This document shows, piece by piece, positions 58,601-64,000 of a stretch of DNA of 64,000 nucleotides. The translations under genes and the position numbers were made by a program. Position 1 is the stretch's first letter, and the number at the start of each line of letters is the position of its first letter. The stretch is from an uncultured Bacilli bacterium (GTDB lineage Bacteria; Bacillota_I; Bacilli_A; RF39; UBA660), in the NCBI GenBank assembly GCA_934141535.1, contig CAKPCH010000006.1, forward strand, positions 3,434-67,433, read 5' to 3'. The notes below the pieces were generated by a model, which had not been told where the DNA came from, made no database searches, and saw only the letters and a list, made by a program, of their open reading frames with translations.

Positions 58601-60220
58601 TTGAAGAGCTCTGTTAATATATTCTTGTTCTAGATATGAACTAATATATTTAATATCTTCTATATTATCTGCAAAAAATCTAATTTGTTTATTATTGTTA
58701 AAGCAATGAGGACAGTCTTTATATTTTTCCCAAACTGACAAATTCTTTTTATTTATAAAAAATATTATTTTCAAATCATCATAACTATGAAATGTAAGTA
58801 ATTGTAAAAGTGCATTATCAGTAAATGCTGATGATTCAATATCTTGACCCATAATAGCAGTAACGTTTTTATTATTAAACGAATAACCTATAGGAACATT
58901 CTTAAGTATTTTAGATTCATTAATTAATTTTTCTAGTGAACTTTTTAAATTATCCTCTTCTTCCATTGTAAAATCTTCTTCATTAAAATTAACATTTAAA
59001 TCAAGAGGTAAAGACCCACTACCTACTCTTATAGTTAAAAAATCTTGTTGATCATTTCTTCTTTCCCATAAGTTTCTTTTTTTATTTATTATTATATTTT
59101 GACATTCATCAAGTGTTATTAAATTTTCTTTCAATATCTGAGTTTGTTCAACAGAGACATTATAGATTTCTTTTTTCTTTCTTTCTAAATATTGACTATA
59201 CTTCTTTTGCCTTTCTTTTTCCTGTTTTTTTTCTAATCTTTTTTGATATTTTCTTGTTAAGTTAGGCCATAAGAATGAAGATAATAACATGGCTACACTT
59301 GTTATAAGACCAGATAAAGATTGTCCTAATGTTTGTTGCCTAGAAATCAATTTAGATAATGTATTTATAAGAGTTATAACCGAAGTAATTCCCATTGTAA
59401 GTGCTGGACCGAGTGTTAATAAAAGAGGCATTTCTTGTTTTTCATGTTTCTTAGGTGGTGGTGTTACTGTGAGTTCATATGTCTCTATGAATCTTCTAAG
59501 TCTAGGTTTCTTAAAAAAATAATCTTCATCTTTATAAAAATCAATTTCCTTTACTGTATCACTATCTGGTATTGGTGATTGTACTTTCAAATCTGATTCA
59601 AAAACAGCTTCGACAAATGAATTATTTAATGTAACAAAATTAGAAGGATTATTTATAGAAATCATACCATTCATTAAAGTTATTCTTAATCCTAAAATAA
59701 AAATAGCATCCCCATTATTAAGCTTTGCAGTTAATCTTGTTAATAAATTATTGTTAACATATATATTTGATTGTTGTTTTATATTTATAATCCATTCATT
59801 GTTAATAAAATTAATTATAGCATATTCATTAAATATATAAGAATTATTATATATAATATCACTTGTTGTATCTCTACCAACTACTAATTTAGTATTATTA
59901 TTTATTTTATAATATTTAATTGTACTATCATAAAACTCTTCTATATACAAAAACATTTTAGTATTATTATACTCTAAAAAATAGAAATAGTTTGGTTTTA
60001 AAATAGTGTGATCTATATATGCATTATTAAAAATAATTTTAGTATCATCATTATTCTTCATGACCCAATTATTATCTATTGCTTCTATATTTATTATATT
60101 TGCATTATTATTTAATTCGTCAACTAACCAGAAACTTCCTTCTATTTTTTGTGGTAGTATTAATTTTTGTAACCTATTTTTATTAAATAAAACTAAACTA
60201 ATAGCACTCATAAACAGCAT
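55634..60220 (-). CDS. essC: FtsK/SpoIIIE-family type VII secretion ATPase EssC/YukB
   Basis: 1528 aa. Two N-terminal FHA-like domains, TM helices around residues 260-310, then three FtsK-type ATPase domains. The first has a canonical Walker A, HGLIAGTTGSGKSE. Confidence 0.9.
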   Translation of the reverse strand: MLFMSAISLVLFNKNRLQKLILPQKIEGSFWLVDELNNNANIINIEAIDNNWVMKNNDDTKIIFNNAYIDHTILKPNYFYFLEYNNTKMFLYIEEFYDSTIKYYKINNNTKLVVGRDTTSDIIYNNSYIFNEYAIINFINNEWIINIKQQSNIYVNNNLLTRLTAKLNNGDAIFILGLRITLMNGMISINNPSNFVTLNNSFVEAVFESDLKVQSPIPDSDTVKEIDFYKDEDYFFKKPRLRRFIETYELTVTPPPKKHEKQEMPLLLTLGPALTMGITSVITLINTLSKLISRQQTLGQSLSGLITSVAMLLSSFLWPNLTRKYQKRLEKKQEKERQKKYSQYLERKKKEIYNVSVEQTQILKENLITLDECQNIIINKKRNLWERRNDQQDFLTIRVGSGSLPLDLNVNFNEEDFTMEEEDNLKSSLEKLINESKILKNVPIGYSFNNKNVTAIMGQDIESSAFTDNALLQLLTFHSYDDLKIIFFINKKNLSVWEKYKDCPHCFNNNKQIRFFADNIEDIKYISSYLEQEYINRALQDSADVVENEVQENNTYSPYYLIITDDYPMIRKIGIIDKILNNKQNLGFSIICIENRLGKLPSECVNFISLQGNAAILSTQKDNYYEQGFTKEINPNINMINCIKTLSNIPIEFVEDLRSLPTSLGFLEMYNVGKVEQLNALNRWRLNNPMKSLRAQVGINDEGNPIWLDLHEKYHGPHGLIAGTTGSGKSEFIITYILSMIINYSPDEVAFILIDYKGGGLAGAFENKTQGYRLPHLAGTITNLDKASLNRTLVSIDSELKRRQKVFNEVRDKLGESTIDIYKYQKFFREGKIKEPMPHLFIISDEFAELKAQQPEFMDDLISAARIGRSLGVHLILATQKPSGVVNDQIWSNTKFRVCLKVQDKSDSHEMLKRPEAADITNAGRFYLQVGNDEIFVLGQSGYAGMPYFATDQVKKKYDRSISIIDNVGQVIKNVANTKEVKKVDNGDELSNIMKYICTLANKENIKTKNLWLDAIEKDIYVDDIINKYNFKSNEVEAIIGEYDAPSKQYQDILTLKLNDEANTLVYGSSGTNREMFLSSIIYSLCIKHLAGDINIYIIDFGSESLRMYEKFPQVGDIVYASEKDKLLKLIGLINEEIKERKKLFADYNGEYKNYIKNSGKRVPIKLIIINNYDSFKESYSSLEDILIKLTREGERYGIIFIISATNSHSIYSKIERNFNHTFVLDMPDKSDYIDILGKIGNVYPASYDGRGLYRNEEVYEFQTAQVTNQDNLVEFVKNRINQVLKVSKNSAPSIPVLKEELTIEDLDSSITNINNLPIGMIKRNLKVMGYNFFNDKATIISSKDVKSCIDLLKTIIYGTRKLGNMVVLIDTEQELVELGGTVNTYADKNFEEFILRFEQFLDKEIDGKNVKVLCIIAGLEKFQGSMNDKKFNGFFKGIKTLPNVNLLFVDSSFKLKKVSFENWYSDITNNSNGIWVGNGFIEQTVISCNDYNNRFKEVIDKQYAWVAKNGEAELIKIVGKKVREDEE

Positions 60221-60244
60221 ACCTCTCTATTCTACTCTATAAAG

Positions 60245-60276
60245 ATTATACAATTAAAGTTTTTATGTTTAATAAT
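60245..60276 (-). promoter_or_regulatory. Putative promoter/RBS region for essC
   Basis: Minus strand carries TTGTATAAT (a TG-containing -10) about 35 nt upstream of the AGAGAGGT RBS. Lies between the ffh terminator-like hairpin and essC. Confidence 0.3.
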
Positions 60277-60319
60277 AAATTCCAAAATAGAATATTAAAA
60301 GAGGTCTTTAAAAGATCTC

Positions 60320-61624
60320 TTAGAAAGGCATTTTCATATTACCATTTTTCATCATTTTCATCATTTTTTTCATTTGTTCAAATTGAGTAAGTAATCTATT
60401 TACTTCTTCTACACTTCTTGCAGATCCCTTAGCTATTCTTGTTTTTCTTGATGCTTTTAAAACTTCAGGATGTTGTCTTTCATAAGGTGTCATAGAAAGA
60501 ATTATTGCTTCTATATGTGCCATATCTTTTGGGTCAATTTTAACGCCTTTTAACTCTTTAGGAACACCTGGTATTAATTTAATTAAATTTTCTAGGGGTC
60601 CTAATCTTTTTATTTGTTTAAATGTACTTAAAAAGTCTTCTAAATCAAATTTACCTTGTTGCATCTTTTTAGCAGTTCTTTTAGCCTCTTCTTCATCTAT
60701 AGCATTCTCAGCCTTTTCTATCATAGTCATAATATCACCCATGCCTAGAATACGAGTAGCCATTCTATCTGGATAAAATTCATCAAGGCCATCCATTTTT
60801 TCACTTACACCAATAAATTTAATTGGTACATTAGTTAAATGTCTAATAGAAAGAGCAGCACCACCTCTTGTATCACCATCAAGTTTAGTTAATATTGCTC
60901 CAGTTAAAGGTAATTCGTTATTAAATCCTTCTATTACATTAACAGCATCTTGTCCAACCATACTATCTAAAACCAATATAATTTCATTAGGTTTTACTGT
61001 TTCATTTATTTTCTTTAATTCATCCATAAGTGCTTCATCTATATGAAGTCTACCTGCTGTATCTATTAATACATAATCATAACCTTTTTCTTTAGCATAC
61101 TTAATAGCATTACTAGCAATATCTACTGGATTACCTTTACCTTCATCATATACTTCTATATTTAATTCCTTACCAATTGTTTTTAACTGATCAATAGCAG
61201 CTGGTCTATAAACATCACATGCTACAAGTAATGGATTTTTCTTATATTTTTTTCTAAGTAACAAAGCAAGTTTACCAATAGTAGTAGTTTTACCACTTCC
61301 TTGAAGTCCTACTAACATAAGTATAGATGGATTACCTTTTATATATAAATCCTCTTTTTCTCCACCTAAAAGTTCTACTAACTCATCTTTTAATATTTTT
61401 ACAAATTGTTCACCTGGTTTTAAACTCTTACTAACCTCTTCACCAAGCGCTTTTTCTTTTACATTACTAATAAACTCTTTTACTACTTTATAATTAACAT
61501 CAGCCTCAAGAAGCGCTAATCTAATTTCTCTTGTTACTTCACTTATATTATCTTCAGTTATTTTTCCATAACCCTTTATCTTATTTACAGCACTCTGTAA
61601 TCTTTCTCCTAAACTTTCAAACAT
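60320..61624 (-). CDS. ffh: Signal recognition particle protein Ffh
   Basis: 434 aa, colinear with E. coli Ffh as I recall it (LALLEADV, LVGLQGSGKTTT, DTAGRLH, TKLDGDTRGGAALS) and a Met-rich M-domain. Confidence 0.9.
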   Translation of the reverse strand: MFESLGERLQSAVNKIKGYGKITEDNISEVTREIRLALLEADVNYKVVKEFISNVKEKALGEEVSKSLKPGEQFVKILKDELVELLGGEKEDLYIKGNPSILMLVGLQGSGKTTTIGKLALLLRKKYKKNPLLVACDVYRPAAIDQLKTIGKELNIEVYDEGKGNPVDIASNAIKYAKEKGYDYVLIDTAGRLHIDEALMDELKKINETVKPNEIILVLDSMVGQDAVNVIEGFNNELPLTGAILTKLDGDTRGGAALSIRHLTNVPIKFIGVSEKMDGLDEFYPDRMATRILGMGDIMTMIEKAENAIDEEEAKRTAKKMQQGKFDLEDFLSTFKQIKRLGPLENLIKLIPGVPKELKGVKIDPKDMAHIEAIILSMTPYERQHPEVLKASRKTRIAKGSARSVEEVNRLLTQFEQMKKMMKMMKNGNMKMPF

Positions 61625-61699
61625 ATTATCACCAATTAATATTATACAAAAAAAAGGACTAATTTGTCCATAAGTTTATTATTGATATTGTTATTAATT

Positions 61700-63274
61700 T
61701 TATTTTTTATCTATTAAATCTTTAGAAATGTAATTATCAGTACAATATTTAAATAGTTTATTATAGTATTTAATTGTTTCCTTAGACATTTCTCTTTTAT
61801 AAAGTTTTAACTTAGTATATAAATCTTGTAAATCTGAAAGTGATTTAAAATTTATTTTTTGAAAACTTCTATCTATAAAATCCTTTTCAAATTTCTCTTT
61901 ATCACTAGAAGTATAATTTACACTTTTCAAAGTATCAAAGAATAGATTTATATTTGTTGTACTTTTAATAATCTTTAATTTTTTTTCTAAACTATTCTCT
62001 TCTTTTATAAGTTTTGTTGCTGCAGTTGTTGTTTTGAGTGCTAACTTATCCATTTTCTTTTGTTCTTTATTTAATTTTGAAGTACGTTTCTTTTTTCTAA
62101 TCTTCTTTATTTTTTTTATAATTTTCTTTTGCCACTTTAAAAATATAACAAATAAGATTATTCCTATTACAACAAATATAATAGTACCTATTTTAATATA
62201 CACTTTAGCATTATATTCTATATCTTTATTTAATGTAACATTAATTGTTTTTATTAAATCCGAATCATAATAAATACTTACCTTACCTAAAGTGGAATTT
62301 TTTGGTATTAATATATTTATCTCATTTTTACCACTATATTTATAAGTAATAAGTGTAGGATCTATATCATTTTCTAAATAAAGTTTTGTATCTATATTAA
62401 CATTATAGTTATCAGTTTTACCATTTTTTATAGGTATATCAAAATTTATATTATAGTCTTTATAGCTATAATTATTAAAGAAATACTGATATAAATAAGA
62501 ATTATCACTTAATAATGAGGTATAGCCTGAATTATGAAGAGTTGTAATTATATATGTTACTCCATCTTTTTTACTATAAGATACTAAAGAAAATTCTGCT
62601 TCTTTAGTATATCCTGATTTAGATCCATTTATTATACTTGTATCTATACCATATTTAGATTCACTTAAATGAAGAGGACCTCCAAACTCTATATCTAAAT
62701 TATCTATTATGTAATAATCAGTACTTATAATTTCTTTAAATGTTTTATTTTTCAAACAATATTCCATTATTTTAGTTATATCATATGCAGTTGAATAATT
62801 ATCTTTATCTTTTCCCACAGGATTAGAAAAATTAGTATGAGTAAGACCTAATTCACGTACTTTTTGATTCATTAAGTTTACAAACTCTTCTTCTGTTTTA
62901 GTAGTAGCTCTAACTGCAGCATTAACAGCATCACTACCACTTTTAACAAGTATTCCATATAATAAATCTTTAATACTTACTTCATAACCTTCTTGAAGAC
63001 CTATTGTTGTATATTCATACATATCCCTTAAATCCTCATCTTTTATTTTAACTAAAGTATTTAAATCATCATTATTTTCTATTACTATTATAGCAGTCAT
63101 TATCTTAGTAAGACTTGCTACTCTAGTTTCTTTATAAGCATCTTTCTCATACATAATTCTATCTTCTGTTAAATTATAAACAAAAGCATTTTTTGAATTT
63201 ATATCTAATTCAATAGCACATATTTTATTAATACAAAGAAAAAAAGATATTATAAATAATATTATTTTTTTCAT
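61700..63274 (-). CDS. D-alanyl-D-alanine carboxypeptidase (S11, PBP5-like) with TM helix and C-terminal Lys-rich cytoplasmic tail
   Basis: 524 aa with a signal peptide, S-x-x-K (ASLTK), SGS and KSG motifs, a TM helix around residue 365, then a K/E-rich predicted coiled-coil tail of about 150 aa. Confidence 0.8.
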   Translation of the reverse strand: MKKIILFIISFFLCINKICAIELDINSKNAFVYNLTEDRIMYEKDAYKETRVASLTKIMTAIIVIENNDDLNTLVKIKDEDLRDMYEYTTIGLQEGYEVSIKDLLYGILVKSGSDAVNAAVRATTKTEEEFVNLMNQKVRELGLTHTNFSNPVGKDKDNYSTAYDITKIMEYCLKNKTFKEIISTDYYIIDNLDIEFGGPLHLSESKYGIDTSIINGSKSGYTKEAEFSLVSYSKKDGVTYIITTLHNSGYTSLLSDNSYLYQYFFNNYSYKDYNINFDIPIKNGKTDNYNVNIDTKLYLENDIDPTLITYKYSGKNEINILIPKNSTLGKVSIYYDSDLIKTINVTLNKDIEYNAKVYIKIGTIIFVVIGIILFVIFLKWQKKIIKKIKKIRKKKRTSKLNKEQKKMDKLALKTTTAATKLIKEENSLEKKLKIIKSTTNINLFFDTLKSVNYTSSDKEKFEKDFIDRSFQKINFKSLSDLQDLYTKLKLYKREMSKETIKYYNKLFKYCTDNYISKDLIDKK

Positions 63275-63310
63275 ATAATCTACTACTTTCTACTGTAGTA
63301 AAATGGCAAG

Positions 63311-64000
63311 TTACCTACCTTGCCATACATTTACTACATTAACATTACTTGAATGAGGTTCTGGATTTGGAAGTGGCATTTTTATAATCATTGGAACCTT
63401 AAATGCCCTACCAAAAGCTACGCACATACCAGGTTGCAAACTTTTTTGCTTTTCCATTATTTCAGCACTCATATTAGGTAACATTTTTTTAATATACTCT
63501 AAATCTCTTGGATGTGTCATTTTAAATATTAGAAAATTACTTATCTGAGATATAACTGTTTCTGAAAGTTCAACAGGACGTTGTGATACTAAATTTAATA
63601 TAAGTCCGAACTTTCTTCCCTCTTTTGCTATACGTTCAAATATATTATAACCAAGTAAGAAATTATCTTGATCTTGTTGAACATATCTATGAGATTCTTC
63701 TAATAGTATATGAAATGGTACTGCACCTCTATTTGAAAGATGCTTAGTAAAATCAAATAACATCTTAGAATATATCTTAACTATTGTTTTAGCAAGTCTA
63801 TCATCTATATCCTCTAAATTAAAATTTATAATTTGAGATTTTCTATTATTTTTAGCAACTAAGCTTGCTACATATTGAGGAAGAGTTACATAAGTTGGAT
63901 ATTCAAAATAATCTCTTGCATCACTTATAGCAATCGAATGAAGTCTAACTTTTAAAGTAATAGCTTCATCATACAATTTATTATTTCTTAAAAATCCATC
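63311..64000 (-). CDS. HerA/FtsK-like (DUF87) ATPase, C-terminal portion; 5' end lies beyond the window
   Basis: The frame stays open to the window edge. The ORF-track Met is actually TTG, and upstream codons continue without a stop. The C-terminal region (GLILNLVSQRPVELSETVISQISNFLIFKMTHPRDLEYI) resembles the DUF87/HerA ATPase C-terminus. Confidence 0.5.
   Translation of the reverse strand, partial: DGFLRNNKLYDEAITLKVRLHSIAISDARDYFEYPTYVTLPQYVASLVAKNNRKSQIINFNLEDIDDRLAKTIVKIYSKMLFDFTKHLSNRGAVPFHILLEESHRYVQQDQDNFLLGYNIFERIAKEGRKFGLILNLVSQRPVELSETVISQISNFLIFKMTHPRDLEYIKKMLPNMSAEIMEKQKSLQPGMCVAFGRAFKVPMIIKMPLPNPEPHSSNVNVVNVWQGR

Noticed and set aside
59289-60242. Short plus-strand ORFs (77 aa and 60 aa) inside essC
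   Set aside because: Antisense to a very long, well-supported CDS.
62034-62270. 78-aa plus-strand ORF inside the carboxypeptidase gene
   Set aside because: Antisense Phe/Ile-rich frame with no independent support.

Overview
This window comes from a very AT-rich, low-GC Firmicutes chromosome, probably a Clostridium-like spore former. Almost every gene is on the minus strand.

**Left arm, conserved housekeeping and sporulation genes:** cotE and miaB sit together in Bacillus-like synteny. After them come a CheY-like receiver, two GNAT acetyltransferases, a tandem NUDIX hydrolase and two hybrid sensor kinases. A CBS-domain Mn-dependent pyrophosphatase, a prepilin-like protein, a NodB-family deacetylase and an acyl-CoA ligase complete this arm.

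**Candidate large ncRNA (about 17.06-17.72 kb):** an ORF-poor, GC-enriched stretch of about 620 nt on the minus strand. It is bracketed by a consensus sigma-A promoter (TTGACA, 17 nt, TAAAAT) and a strong intrinsic terminator. It did not match any RNA class I checked.

**Cell-surface glycopolymer locus (about 17.7-31.6 kb):** a 14-gene cluster primed by a WecA/TagO-like transferase. It contains GT2 and GT4 glycosyltransferases, a Wzx flippase, a Wzy-like/GT2 fusion, a GtrA/GtrB/GT-C-like module with Alg13/Alg14-like partners, and a PIG-L deacetylase.

**Conserved block:** rpe, rsgA, prkC, stp and rlmN in the usual Firmicutes order.

**Envelope genes:** a zinc-ribbon/TPM membrane cluster, a glycoside-hydrolase-like protein and a sortase B.

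**Right arm (43.3-60.2 kb), the most interesting region:** this is an accessory island that ends immediately downstream of ffh.
- It opens with a RelE/RelB pair, an extra SEDS protein and a CotD-like coat protein.
- Next is an unusual fusion of a (p)ppGpp-hydrolase-like HD domain with a P-loop kinase, and an XRE HTH regulator.
- A toxin stack follows: an epsilon-like antitoxin, a zeta toxin and a HipA-like kinase.
- It ends with a compact type VIIb-like secretion locus.
- The secretion locus has essC (FHA plus three FtsK ATPase domains) and a YukD/EsaB ubiquitin-like protein.
- It also has an extended WXG100-like protein, small helical partners, an Asn-rich 425-aa protein and a 589-aa polymorphic toxin.
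- The toxin has a Gly/Ala zipper segment, a putative immunity gene and a DUF4176 gene.
- No EssA, EssB, EsaA or canonical EsxA is present anywhere in the flanking 20 kb.

**Window end:** ffh, a DacB-like carboxypeptidase with an odd cytoplasmic tail, and a 5'-truncated HerA/DUF87-like ATPase.

No rRNA, tRNA, CRISPR array, transposase or integrase was recognised.
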